NCBI GenBank assembly: GCA_041740355.1
Contig: JBGSMD010000064.1
Coordinates: 36,541-100,540 of the forward strand
DNA: 64,000 nucleotides
DNA from: Bdellovibrionota bacterium
GTDB lineage: Bacteria; Bdellovibrionota_C; UBA2361; CALJRW01
Direction of reading: 5' to 3'
The notes under the pieces were generated by a model that was not told the DNA's origin, made no database searches, and worked only from the letters and a program-made list of their open reading frames with translations. Of the stretch, positions 10,265 to 20,404 are shown one piece after another. Numbering within the stretch: the first letter of the stretch is position 1; each line of letters opens with the position of its first letter. The translations under genes were made by a program, and so were the position numbers.

Positions 10265-11143
10265 ATGAAAAATAATTTACAACTACCCTTTATCTTTTTA
10301 GTTTTCTTAATAACTAGTTGTTCAACAATAAAACCGAATACTGTTAATCTAGCAACACAACAAGGATTTAATTCCCCTGAGATTGCTGTCCAAGAATTAG
10401 CAGCTGCCGCCAAGAGTTTAGACCAAGAAGGCCTAACAAGGATTTTTGGTCCAAATTTTGTGGCCGAAGTTTCTTCCGGAGATCCGGCACAGGATAAAAA
10501 TTCACTGAATAATTTTGCTAATAAAATAGCGGAAAAGACAGATTTGTTAGCTAATAATAAACAAACCTTTTTAATGCAAATTGGTACAGACAATTTTATA
10601 TTTCCTGTGCCACTTATTAAAATCAAAGATCTTTGGTACTTTGATGGCGAGGCAGGAAGAGAAGAAATCTTAAATCGTCGTATTGGTCATAATGAAATTA
10701 GTGCTATTAAAGTATTAACTTTCTTTAGTTCAGCACAGGCTGTCTATGCTTCCAAAGATCGCGATGCTGACGGACAGCTGGAATATGCTGAAAGATTTCT
10801 AAGTACTCCCGGTGAACAAGATGGACTATACTGGGACTATGCAACTTTCGGCGAACCCAGTCCCTTGGGACCACAAGCAGCAAGGCTAATTAAGGAAGAA
10901 GGTGCAGATGGAATTTACCAAGGATATAATTATCAAATTATATCTGTTCCAAATAGTGATAACTCCAAAAACAATGTGACTCTCCTGGCCTATCCCCTGC
11001 GATATGGCATTTCTGGAGTAATGAGTTTCGTTGCAGGACAAGATAGTAAAATATACGAACAAAATATTAACCCAGAAAAAGCACCTGGTAAAACTTTTGA
11101 TCCATTTCACTTAGATAGCGAATGGAAAGCTGTGATAAAATAA
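10265..11143 (+). CDS. DUF2950 family lipoprotein
   Basis: True start MKNNLQLP at 10265 (lipobox ITSC). FPVPL, WYFD..AGREEILNRRIGHNE, YAERFLSTPGEQDGLYW, YGISGVMSF. Confidence 0.88.
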   Translation: MKNNLQLPFIFLVFLITSCSTIKPNTVNLATQQGFNSPEIAVQELAAAAKSLDQEGLTRIFGPNFVAEVSSGDPAQDKNSLNNFANKIAEKTDLLANNKQTFLMQIGTDNFIFPVPLIKIKDLWYFDGEAGREEILNRRIGHNEISAIKVLTFFSSAQAVYASKDRDADGQLEYAERFLSTPGEQDGLYWDYATFGEPSPLGPQAARLIKEEGADGIYQGYNYQIISVPNSDNSKNNVTLLAYPLRYGISGVMSFVAGQDSKIYEQNINPEKAPGKTFDPFHLDSEWKAVIK

Positions 11144-11230
11144 TTTTAGAAATGAGTTCAGTTTTAATACTTAAACTTATTTTAGATATAAAATAACTTT
11201 TTATTTAACAATAAAGATAGGAGCAAATTT

Positions 11231-11920
11231 ATGAATAGATATGTAGCTGAATTATTTGGCACATTTTGGTTGGTACTTGGAGGCTGTGGAAGTGCCGTTC
11301 TTGCAGCTGGCTTTCCCGAAGTTGGTATTGGATTGCTGGGAGTTTCTGTAGCTTTCGGTTTAACAGTTGTCACTATGGCTTTCGCTATCGGTCATATTTC
11401 TGGATGTCATCTTAACCCAGCAGTCTCAATTGGGCTCTGGGCCGGAGGAAGATTTCCAGCAAAAGATTTACTACCTTACATTATTGCTCAAGTACTTGGT
11501 GCAATTATTGCCGCTGCTGTTCTATATATTATTGCTAGTGGCCAAGCAGGCTTTGATCTAGCCGGAGGTTTTGCTTCTAATGGATTTGGAGAGCATTCTC
11601 CAGGTAAATATAGTTTACTGGCAAGCTTTGTGACTGAAGTTGTCATGACGATGGTCTTTCTTTTTGTAATTCTTGGAGCAACAGACAAACGTGCGCCTCA
11701 AGGTTTTGCACCATTGGCAATTGGACTATGTTTAACTTTAATTCACTTAGTTAGTATTCCCGTAACAAACACTTCCGTTAACCCAGCACGCAGTACTGGT
11801 GTGGCTTTATTTATGGGAGACTGGGCAATTTCTCAGCTCTGGTTATTTTGGGTTGCGCCGATTATTGGTGGTGTTTTAGGTGCTTTAGCCTATCGCTTTA
11901 TTAGTACAGAAACTAAATAA
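11231..11920 (+). CDS. aqpZ: Aquaporin Z
   Basis: [11 protein letters not shown] and [12 protein letters not shown] motifs; [15 protein letters not shown]. Confidence 0.97.
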   Translation: MNRYVAELFGTFWLVLGGCGSAVLAAGFPEVGIGLLGVSVAFGLTVVTMAFAIGHISGCHLNPAVSIGLWAGGRFPAKDLLPYIIAQVLGAIIAAAVLYIIASGQAGFDLAGGFASNGFGEHSPGKYSLLASFVTEVVMTMVFLFVILGATDKRAPQGFAPLAIGLCLTLIHLVSIPVTNTSVNPARSTGVALFMGDWAISQLWLFWVAPIIGGVLGALAYRFISTETK

Positions 11921-11946
11921 ACTAAGAATCCTTGAGATATAAAGTA

Positions 11947-11996
11947 TAGACTCGGTGACATAAAATTTTTGCTAAAATTCAATATCACCGAGTCTA
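11947..11996. terminator. Inverted repeat after aqpZ (possible terminator)
   Basis: TAGACTCGGTGA ... TCACCGAGTCTA perfect 12-bp arms with a long AT-rich loop. Confidence 0.4.
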
Positions 11997-12103
11997 CTTT
12001 AAGTAAGAATCTTCCACACGATACATTCCATATAGTGCCTGTCTTTCTTCTGTCCATCAAAAAATATCTATTCATCGCACATGTAAACTGCTAAAAATAA
12101 TTA

Positions 12104-13090
12104 ATGAAATTAAACAAACTAGCAACCTTATTACTTACTACCATTTTATTTTCTTCCTTTGCACAAAGTACTTTACAAGCGCAAGCAGGTAGCTCTGGGC
12201 AGACTGCCTTTCAATCAGCCGAAGAAGCGCTTCGCGCCTTAACCTCTGCCGCAAAGGCAGAAGATTCAAAGCGAATGATAGAGCTATTTGGTAAAAACTC
12301 TAAAGAAATATTTTTAACTGGGGACACTATTAGTGACATAGCTTTCCTTCGTAAATTATCACGTCGTTTTGAGGAAAGAGCCGAGCTATTTTCAGTTAAT
12401 AGTTTAGATCACCCCAATGAACAATGGTATCTCGTACGCTTTGGTATAGAAGGTTGGAATATGCGGGTTCCACTTGTAAATACAAAGAAAGGATGGAGTT
12501 TTGCTACGGAATATACGACTGAATCTAATCGCAAAATTAGAATTTCCCTAAATGAAGTTGCCACAGTTGATACTTTGCGAGCCTTGGTAAAAGCTCAAAG
12601 AACATACCAAGCCAAAGATTGGAATCAAGACGGTGTCTTGGAGTATGCCCAAAAATTTATTAGTAGTCCCAACACTAAAGATGGTCTTTATTGGCCAGAT
12701 CTTCCGGGGCAAGCTACAAGCCCTATCGATGGTTTAGTAGCGCGAGCAATGCTTGATGGTTATAAAACTTCAAAGGACAATCACCCTACCTATAGTGGTT
12801 ATGTTTATAAAATACTAACTGAGCAAGGAGCAAAAACACGTGGTGGTAAAAAATCATATTTGCAAGACAAGTCTCTCGTAAATGGTTTTGCAATTTTGGC
12901 GTACCCAGTGGAATGGAGATCCAGTGGCAACTCCTGTTTTGTAGTTGGTACTGATGCCCAAGTTTGGCAAAAAGATTTTGGATCAAGGACAAGCACAATA
13001 GCTAAAAAAATCACCTCAATGGATCTTGATTCCCTATGGTTGAGAGTTGATCCTAATTTGGGTGGCGAAAATAGTCGATCCAACTGGTAA
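12104..13090 (+). CDS. DUF2950 family protein, second paralog
   Basis: YAQKFISSPNTKDGLYW, YSGYVYKILTEQG..TRGGKKSY, GFAILAYP. Confidence 0.85.
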   Translation: MKLNKLATLLLTTILFSSFAQSTLQAQAGSSGQTAFQSAEEALRALTSAAKAEDSKRMIELFGKNSKEIFLTGDTISDIAFLRKLSRRFEERAELFSVNSLDHPNEQWYLVRFGIEGWNMRVPLVNTKKGWSFATEYTTESNRKIRISLNEVATVDTLRALVKAQRTYQAKDWNQDGVLEYAQKFISSPNTKDGLYWPDLPGQATSPIDGLVARAMLDGYKTSKDNHPTYSGYVYKILTEQGAKTRGGKKSYLQDKSLVNGFAILAYPVEWRSSGNSCFVVGTDAQVWQKDFGSRTSTIAKKITSMDLDSLWLRVDPNLGGENSRSNW

Positions 13091-13186
13091 GATTATTTTG
13101 GATATTCTCGATAAACTGGAAACTTAACGATAATAAAAATTATCGTTAATACAAGTCATTCGCCAAGCATCTATTAAATAAAAATT

Positions 13187-14542
13187 CTAAGGAAAAAGAA
13201 AGTTTATTACATCAGACGCTTGATAATGCTCTTGGTTATTCAGTAATTTCTTAATAATTGAAAGGTCTTCTCCTGCGGTAAGTAATACTGGTTCTTTTCC
13301 TTCCGGTTGAATTTGAGCCTGACCAATAACGGAAAACAGGGAATTACAAAGACATTTTTTTTGAGCAGTATCTTCTAGTTTTCCGCCCTTTTGAAGATAA
13401 GTCTCTACTGGCTCTCCAGGACATCGAAAGCCTACACTCCCATTGTCTTTTCGATACGCTGTTCGGAGATATCCTAAATCACATTTTCGAACTCGATTTT
13501 GATAAACTTGATCTTCCGAGATAGACCCAGACATCTCAAAAACCTTAAACGGAAAACCTGTGGGAGAAGCTAGTTGATCTGTATAAATTTGAGCTTGATC
13601 TTTGCGGATTAAATTAAGAGCCACTCTTTTAACTTCACTATCAACCCCTGACTCCTCGCAAAGGGCAAACAAGCTTCCCACCTGAACTCCTGTTGCACCA
13701 TAATCAATTGCTTGCTGGACATCACTAGAACTTCTCACTCCTCCTGCATACCAAAATGGCAAATCTAATTTACGATAGTCTTCAAATTCACTTTCAATCG
13801 ACTTGCTATTTTTTCGATCGGGAGCATTATGACCCCCGGCTAGATTATTTTCCACAACAAATCCATCAATTTTTCCTGCTTTTCTTTTCAACATAATTGC
13901 TAAAACGGAAGAAGAAACAATTGGTAAAAATTTTGGTATTTTCAAGTCTGTTTTTATTCCCATAAAACTAGGATCAAATTGCAAGACTTCACTACTTCCT
14001 GCTAAATCTAATTTAAGTTCACTTTTAGAATTAAGTGCTAACTTTTCTAAAACGGCAGGAATTTCTTTGGGGATTCCAGCACCCATTAAAAGATAATCTA
14101 CACCCGCTAACATAGCGCCATATATTGTAGGCAAGGTTGGTAATTGAATTTTTGTTAATAGGTTCATGCCCACTTGACCATTATGTCCTTGCTTGGCGAG
14201 AGTTACTTCGACGTAGCTAGCCAAAGCTGTAATGGCAGAAAAAATTGGCTTTTGAACGAATGAAGGCAGCGCTAACAATTGATATGGCTGCCCCTTTCGA
14301 CCTTCTGGTTTGAAAAATTTCTTCATCACATTTTGCACAACTTCCTGATAAGGAAAATTGCGACATGCTTCACGAATTGCACCATCAAAATCTCCGTCTT
14401 GTAGACGACGAATCATGACCGTATCAATACATGTTCCAGAAATCACACCTAAATGTCCTGCTTGTGAAACAGCCCTAGCCAGTGTCCAATTAGAAACGCC
14501 GATACCCATGCCGCCTTGAATTAATAGTGGAAAATTATTCAT
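13187..14542 (-). CDS. Nitronate monooxygenase / 2-nitropropane dioxygenase family flavoprotein
   Basis: IQGGMGIGVS, MGAGIP, AGGHNAP, GVQVGSLF, SPTGFPFKV, CDLGYLR, KCLCNSL. Confidence 0.88.
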   Translation of the reverse strand: MNNFPLLIQGGMGIGVSNWTLARAVSQAGHLGVISGTCIDTVMIRRLQDGDFDGAIREACRNFPYQEVVQNVMKKFFKPEGRKGQPYQLLALPSFVQKPIFSAITALASYVEVTLAKQGHNGQVGMNLLTKIQLPTLPTIYGAMLAGVDYLLMGAGIPKEIPAVLEKLALNSKSELKLDLAGSSEVLQFDPSFMGIKTDLKIPKFLPIVSSSVLAIMLKRKAGKIDGFVVENNLAGGHNAPDRKNSKSIESEFEDYRKLDLPFWYAGGVRSSSDVQQAIDYGATGVQVGSLFALCEESGVDSEVKRVALNLIRKDQAQIYTDQLASPTGFPFKVFEMSGSISEDQVYQNRVRKCDLGYLRTAYRKDNGSVGFRCPGEPVETYLQKGGKLEDTAQKKCLCNSLFSVIGQAQIQPEGKEPVLLTAGEDLSIIKKLLNNQEHYQASDVINFLFP

Positions 14543-14726
14543 CTCAATATACCTAAATGTCTATTGAGAAGAGTATCTTAATTTTTTAATATACTCAAGT
14601 GGTAGAAGATCAAAATCAATCTTTATTTTCCTCTTGAAAGGTTCTGAGAAGATGGAGCTTTCTAAAATGAATTCGAACCGCCCCTTGCAAAGAGACATAT
14701 GATAATTGATCTGCATGGCAAAATTG

Positions 14727-14757
14727 AAAATTACCGTTTTAAATTAGTAGCCTAATA
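14727..14757. repeat. 31-bp direct repeat, copy 1 (pairs with 15440-15470)
   Basis: AAAATTACCGTTTTAAATTAGTAGCCTAATA vs AAAATTACCGTTTTAAATCAGTCGCCTAGTA. Confidence 0.75.
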
Positions 14758-14766
14758 AGAATTTAA

Positions 14767-15282
14767 TTAAAGACAAACCTTAATAATCTCTTTTAATACT
14801 ATATTTGTATCTGGCTCTGTTTTATCAGCGGCTCCTACGGCACCTGCTTTTATCAATAATTGATTACTATGATCGGAAGAAGAAAAACCAAAAATCTTGA
14901 CTAAGGGCAATTCATTTTTTAATTTTTCAACAAGTAGATTACCTTGAACTCCACCTGCTAGGGATTTATCAAGAAGAATAATATCAGGGTTTCGTCTTGC
15001 AATCATTCCAATTAAATTTTGCTCACTAACTGAAGCTTCATGAAAAATAGCACTCGCACAATTATTAGTTGCTACAATTAGGATCGGAACCCAGTTTTCA
15101 ATCCAATCACTATCATCTACCATTAAGATCTTTTTCCCTGACAAACTTTTAACTATTTCAGGATCTACCTCTGGTAATTTTAAATAACTAGCTTTGCAAC
15201 CCAATTGAGCTAAATGCTCATTGATTGCCGACAATAAATCTACTATGACAGGTTTTAAATTTGGATCTTGGAAAATTGACAT
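14767..15282 (-). CDS. Single-domain response regulator (receiver)
   Basis: KILMVDDS, PDIILLD, IFGFSS, AGAVGAADK receiver signature. Confidence 0.8.
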   Translation of the reverse strand: MSIFQDPNLKPVIVDLLSAINEHLAQLGCKASYLKLPEVDPEIVKSLSGKKILMVDDSDWIENWVPILIVATNNCASAIFHEASVSEQNLIGMIARRNPDIILLDKSLAGGVQGNLLVEKLKNELPLVKIFGFSSSDHSNQLLIKAGAVGAADKTEPDTNIVLKEIIKVCL

Positions 15283-15439
15283 CTATTTTGATTATTCTTT
15301 ATCGTACAAGTTGTGAAGGATTCCCCCTATTATGTGTGATTTATTTTTTCAGCTTAAAGATACTTAAATTATATGGATTAAAGGTGCCTAAACTGAAGCA
15401 TCAACATCGGTTAAGTTGATTATATTCTAGACGACATTT

Positions 15440-15470
15440 AAAATTACCGTTTTAAATCAGTCGCCTAGTA
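15440..15470. repeat. 31-bp direct repeat, copy 2
   Basis: See 14727-14757; followed by several hairpins at ~15478-15592. Confidence 0.75.
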
Positions 15471-15654
15471 TATCAAGTGCGACGCTCTTGTAGGGAGTCG
15501 CTAAGGCAGAAAGGCTTGTTTTACAAGCATTTCTGCTGGGGAAAACAAATATACGAAAACCCGATAAACAGAAAAAGCTTTAGCTTTTTTCCAAGCACTC
15601 AGGTCAAAATCTTATGGGTTTTAGTATACATTTAATACATTTGTTAAGGTATTA

Positions 15655-16722
15655 ATGTTATTAATTATAAAAACAGAATTGCCAAAGCCTAGTGCTTCTC
15701 TGGCTCCAAAAGTAGAAAATGATAACTCGGCATCAATTCTAGACATTGCCACCTCCCCACTTAATCGTCTTGAAATTTTACGCGAACTAAAGGTAAAGCA
15801 AGCAGACGATCCCAAAGCTCATGCTTCCACCAAATCTTCTTTAAATACATCTTCAGAAAAGATTAATCACCAGAATTCTACAAAGGAAGAAATTAAAGAT
15901 AAATTTATGAAACGACGGGCTATGGGACTTAAGGGAACCCCTCCCGAGTTACGAGAAGATTTTAAGATCAAGCAATTAATTGATAAATTATCTCCTAACG
16001 AACGTAAAAACTGGAACGATCAAGAGATTGTTACTATCACTCGCGGAGTTATCTTTGGACTGCAAGCCTGCGGAGTTGATGAAAGTAAAATTGAAGCTGT
16101 TGCCAAGTTTGCTCTCCAAGCAATTCATGAAGATTCGGTGGTAAATCGTTTTATGGGACCGATTAAAGCCGCTTGGAATCAAATAGAGTCAGCTCCACTC
16201 GGAACTAAGCTCTTAGCACCTTTGATCATGGGTGGTGCCGTCACTATCGCCATAGCTGGAAGTATTCGGGGGTTCTTTGATAAGAATTTCGAGCAATCAG
16301 AAACTCTTGGCAATTCTGTGGGATATTATGGCTCTCCAGCAGGTGCAAGCATAATGATTAAAGCGAAACATCCGGCGGATCTTGGTTTTATTGTTGCCCA
16401 TGAAGTCTGTCATATGATGCAAAATGGTAAAGAAGCACATTTTGAATATTTTTCACACGTTACTCACTCAGCTTTCCTTGATTCCAATAAAGCAGAAAAA
16501 GGATCCTTACTCTGGAGTTGGGACGATAATTTAAATGCCATAGGTGGCAAATTCACAGAATATGAAAGATTTTTCCCACAGAGCGCCGCTGCTTCCTCCA
16601 TTTTTAGGACAAGATTAATGCTCGATGGAAAAGATGCCGCCATGAAAGTCCTTCAAGAACTTCGCGAGCTGGCCGAACCCTCTGAATTTAGAGATGTGTA
16701 CGTAAAAATACGTAACAAGTAA
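15655..16722 (+). CDS. Hypothetical protein with HExxH motif (possible zinc metalloprotease)
   Basis: 355-aa ORF; LGFIVAHEVCHMMQ. Confidence 0.55.
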   Translation: MLLIIKTELPKPSASLAPKVENDNSASILDIATSPLNRLEILRELKVKQADDPKAHASTKSSLNTSSEKINHQNSTKEEIKDKFMKRRAMGLKGTPPELREDFKIKQLIDKLSPNERKNWNDQEIVTITRGVIFGLQACGVDESKIEAVAKFALQAIHEDSVVNRFMGPIKAAWNQIESAPLGTKLLAPLIMGGAVTIAIAGSIRGFFDKNFEQSETLGNSVGYYGSPAGASIMIKAKHPADLGFIVAHEVCHMMQNGKEAHFEYFSHVTHSAFLDSNKAEKGSLLWSWDDNLNAIGGKFTEYERFFPQSAAASSIFRTRLMLDGKDAAMKVLQELRELAEPSEFRDVYVKIRNK

Positions 16723-16767
16723 TTATGATCGGATGCTTTTGACTCACGTTACCAGAAGAAATTCATT

Positions 16768-18276
16768 CTAGATAACTTTATAGAGTAAACAACTCATTTC
16801 TCTTTTTTTTGCGTCTTTGAAAATCATTTTTTTTGATAACTTAAGTCTGTCAGACTGTGCTCTGATCCAATTTTCAAATTGCTCATTACCTCTAGAATTC
16901 AAGTTCGTTACAAGATACTTAATTCCATGTTTTTTATAAACTTCGATGTTAAATTTATCACCTTCAATTACTACCCCCGAGCGATTTGCATAATAATTTA
17001 TGCTATTAAACCTGCTAACATCTGTGTAAATTCCAACCTTCGCTTGCTCCTCAGTATTGTCTGTAATCATTTTTGCACATTCTAAAACATCTGGATTTTC
17101 CTTGGTAGCTTTTAGGTATGACTTGGTACCAATACTTACATGTATTAAGAGTATTACTATTAAAATTATCGGCTTAACTTTAACACTGCTAAGTAAAGCT
17201 GAGATTGCTCCAGATGATAAATAAAAGAATATTGGTACACCTAGTAAAAAATAATATTCATGTTGTGGTATCTTATCTGCGACGGCGATCAAAAATAATC
17301 CTAAACATATTGTGTAAGGGAGAAACCATTCTGGCAAATTAATTTTTTGTAAGCGATTTTTAGCTAAGTAATAAATACTAAAGAGCAATAAGGCGTAGAA
17401 AGGAATCAGACCTAAAAATTTTACCAAATGTTTATAAATAGCGTAATAATATTCAGCTTGTAATAAATGCTCCAACTTTCTTAGAATATTATGAGAACTA
17501 GAGTCGTGATAACCTGGCTGGAGAGATGTCCAATAATGCCAATAAAGAACCGGCAAGCAGACCATTAACAGACATAAACAGTTCCATACTTTTATTTTTT
17601 GTGAAATATGTCCTTTCTTTTTTAGAAGTAAAAAAAGCAGTACAGGTAAAAAAATAATTGCATAGGATTTAAAAATAGTTGCCAGAAAAAATAGCAATAA
17701 TCCAAAATTCAAATCTCGACTTTTACTCTCTGGACTTAAATACCACTTATTTATGAAAAACAATGACATAACTAGACAACTAGTCATTGCTATATCGCTC
17801 ATAATTGCTTGCCCATAATACAAGATTGGGGAAGATGTAATTAGTAAAAGGTATAAAAGGTATATTTGATTTTTTTTACAATAAGGTCGTAATAACTTAA
17901 CGAGGAAATAGATTAAGAGAAAAAGAAACATTATCGAAGTAAAGTGTGCTCCCAGTTCGTAGGAACCAGCAATTTTTCCTACCTTTGAACTTATCCAATG
18001 GTATAAGGGAAATTCTTCAAAGGTGTTAAACCTAGGATCATTTTCCCAAGCAAGATCTTGGACTGGTTCAATATTATAATTAACTCGTGTTACGATATCC
18101 TTTGGTGTGAAGATATTAATCTTGTTTTCGCCCAGTGCCTTTATAGTAACAAGAGTAGTTATTTGATTCCAACTGTGTAGATAAGTGATTGGTTTAGAAG
18201 TAATTCAGTAAAATAATAAACCTGCACTTACTAGCGAAATTAACAGCAGCAACTTTAAATAATTTTTATTTGACAT
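16768..18276 (-). pseudogene. ArnT/GT39-like membrane glycosyltransferase with in-frame TGA at codon 24
   Basis: Frame is continuous from ATG 18276 (MSNKNYLKLLLLISLVSAGLLFY*ITSKPITYLHSWNQITT..EEFPLY) into track ORF 16768-17931; single TGA at 18205-18207. Confidence 0.65.
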
Positions 18277-18394
18277 GGATTCATTCTAAAATATTTTTTA
18301 AAATCGAGTCAGTCAGTAATTTACTCAATTTTGAAATGATTTTTTAAGGCGAATTCGCATCATATAGACATCTAAAAGGATATATTCTTAGTTG

Positions 18395-18430
18395 CTGAGA
18401 AAAGTTGCCTGGCTCCAAAGGAAAAGGAAA
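18395..18430. repeat. ~35-bp direct repeat, copy 1 (pairs with 19695-19729)
   Basis: CTGAGAAAAGTTGCCTGGCTCCAAAGGAAAAGGAAA vs CTGAAAAAAGTTGCTTAGCTCCAAAGGAAAGGAAA. Confidence 0.7.
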
Positions 18431-18512
18431 GGAAAAAAGGAAGTTAGATTTCATTAGACCTACCATGATTTAAATACCAATCAGCCATTTCCCTCAATTT
18501 CTTACTCAATAC

Positions 18513-18526
18513 ATGACATCGATCAT
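18513..18526 (+). promoter_or_regulatory. CRP/FNR-like palindrome ATGAC-ATCG-ATCAT
   Basis: Same consensus as the island 1 boxes; TATAAA at 18550, upstream of the lipoprotein gene. Confidence 0.45.
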
Positions 18527-18598
18527 ATAACTAGATCAAGTTTGATTGTTATAAATTATGTTCATAGTTGTAAACTTTACTTTTCATTTACTTTTTGA

Positions 18599-19441
18599 GT
18601 GCGGATCATGTTAAATATATATAAATCTAGTTCATTACTTATTCCCTTATTATTAATTATGTCATCGGCCTGCGGTGGAGATGGTGATGATGCCAGAAAT
18701 GTAAGTGACCGGTGGAGTGGATCTTTAATTCAACAAAGTAATACCTGTGGAGCTCGTTCTGTAGACTCTCCCAAAATAGTAGCAGCTTCTGGAAATTTTA
18801 CACACAATGTAAATCAAAATGAAGATGCGGTAGATTTGAATGATGGCAATGGTACATCTTTTTTGGGGAATGTAGTCAGTGATGATGGTTTCTCAGTTGA
18901 TGCCGTAACAAGACAAGACAATAGTTTTGATATTAATGTTACCTGTGATGAATCTCAACGAATATCTTATGATGATATAAATGAAGATTCAGATACAACC
19001 GCAAATGTGACAGTAACAACTAGTAAGGAGTGTAGTGATGGAGTTCGTTGCCAGGTAGTGTCAATAGGTGTTGCAACTAGAAATAATGTTGCAAATTCGC
19101 CGAACGATGATACTGATGGGAATGATGATGATTCCGCTAATGATCGCACAAATTGTAACGATCTTGCTGAAAGAGAGTATCGCGGAGATTCTGGTTGCAA
19201 TATTGGTCAGATCACAACATCAACTAATGGCAATATTATTTTATTAAATCCACTAGGAGCTAATGGCGCTACTAGTTTTACTATCGATGCTACTGATTCT
19301 ACAGAAGCAACAGCTGCTAATATGGATTTACAAATTTTAGGTGAGACTGGTTATTCCTGCTCAATTAATTGCTTAGGACAGTTAACCTTTACACTCGATT
19401 GCGTTCAGGAAGGTGGTACAGTTTGTTCAGAGAAATTTTAA
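18599..19441 (+). CDS. Cys/Asp/Asn-rich lipoprotein
   Basis: Signal with lipobox SSAC-GGDG; many paired Cys. Confidence 0.75.
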   Translation: MRIMLNIYKSSSLLIPLLLIMSSACGGDGDDARNVSDRWSGSLIQQSNTCGARSVDSPKIVAASGNFTHNVNQNEDAVDLNDGNGTSFLGNVVSDDGFSVDAVTRQDNSFDINVTCDESQRISYDDINEDSDTTANVTVTTSKECSDGVRCQVVSIGVATRNNVANSPNDDTDGNDDDSANDRTNCNDLAEREYRGDSGCNIGQITTSTNGNIILLNPLGANGATSFTIDATDSTEATAANMDLQILGETGYSCSINCLGQLTFTLDCVQEGGTVCSEKF

Positions 19442-19694
19442 TGGCTATGATTATTAGGAGTCATTTATGGATACTCCAATATTTTTTTAAAAATTCAATT
19501 AGCTAATTTTAAATAAACTAGTTGAAAGAATTTTAAAAGTTAGAGGCGCCCTAACCAATATTTAATTACGTAGTTACGGTGTCTTTAGCTTTGTTCCTCC
19601 AGTAAATATTTTATCCTCTTCCCTGAGCTCTAATTGTATTTCTTTGAGTCGTTTATGAATTGTTTAATTAAATGAAAAGAAAGACATTTAGATA

Positions 19695-19729
19695 CTGAAA
19701 AAAGTTGCTTAGCTCCAAAGGAAAGGAAA
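19695..19729. repeat. ~35-bp direct repeat, copy 2
   Basis: See 18395-18430. Confidence 0.7.
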
Positions 19730-19770
19730 TAGTAATGGGGATTTTTGAAGTTTTAAAATTTGTCATAAAT

Positions 19771-19817
19771 TGTGCCATGCGGTGATTTTTTGTGCAGAAT
19801 TGTGCCGTCAGTGTGCC
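19771..19817. promoter_or_regulatory. Putative integrase arm-type sites (TGTGCC direct repeats)
   Basis: TGTGCC/TGTGCA at 19771, 19791, 19801 and 19812. The same TGTGCC-N5-TGTGCC pair occurs at 20311, 51177, 52016 and degenerate at 61091. Confidence 0.6.
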
Positions 19818-19900
19818 AAGAATAGGTTCTTGAGTATTTCTAAGAATTTAACCCTTTCCATAAAGGGCTATCTCTTATTGATTTTACAAAAGAAAGAGGA

Positions 19901-20139
19901 ATGCGAGAGGCGGGAATTTATTTAATGGAATCGCTGTGTATTTTTATGGGCTCGATTCTCGCCTAGAGCAAATGAGCCTTAGGGGCAGGCATCTTTGCTT
20001 TAGCAAAGTGATGGGGCCCGCCTGCGCTGTAAGATTTTATAAATTTGGAAGTTATTAATGAGCTACGGCGCGGTTAGTCTTTTCTAAAAGTTACCCCTCG
20101 TAAGACTTGGTCTAAACTTTTGAAAAGAACTAAAAAAGT
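19901..20139. repeat. 239-bp tRNA-3'-end-linked structured repeat unit
   Basis: Begins ATGCGAGAGGCGGGAAT (reverse complement of the tRNA-Leu 3' end); homologous blocks at 51363-51610 and 51611-51844. Confidence 0.8.
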
Positions 20140-20404
20140 ATGCGAGAGGCGGGAATCGAACCCGCACGAGGTTGCCCTCACAGGATTTTAAGTCTCAACC
20201 AAGCAATTTTTGACAAAAAATCACGACAGAATACAACAATAATATTAATAAGTTACACTACTTTCCCACATTTCACTTTTTGTCAAAAATCGTCATTTTT
20301 TGTCTATCACTGTGCCGAGAGTGTGCCTGGAAATGAGATGTTTTTGGATCTAAAATAAAAATTATTTATTTTTTAAGGCACACAGGTATTTTTTATTGTG
20401 CGTC
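20133..20404. repeat. 272-bp att-site direct repeat, copy 1
   Basis: Near-identical to 51838-52109 (offset 31,705 bp); contains the tRNA fragment and arm sites. Confidence 0.92.
20141..20194 (-). tRNA. tRNA-Leu(TAA) 3' fragment (att core), not a complete gene
   Basis: Minus strand GACTTAAAATCCTGTGAGGGCAACCTCGTGCGGGTTCGATTCCCGCCTCTCGCA has anticodon loop, long variable arm, T-arm and acceptor 3' strand; no D-arm or 5' acceptor strand. Confidence 0.88.

Noticed and set aside
18205-18207. TGA recoding (genetic code 4 or 25)
   Set aside because: TGA terminates normal genes here (e.g. 1370, 35621, 50320) and long genes contain no internal TGA.
20141-20194. Intact tRNA-Leu gene
   Set aside because: No 5' acceptor strand or D-arm, and the anticodon stem 5' strand does not pair; fragment only.
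20140-20358. ORFs MREAGIEPARGCPHRIL (also 51782-52042) and other short ORFs in 51271-51767
   Set aside because: Antisense translations of the tRNA fragment, att site and repeat units.
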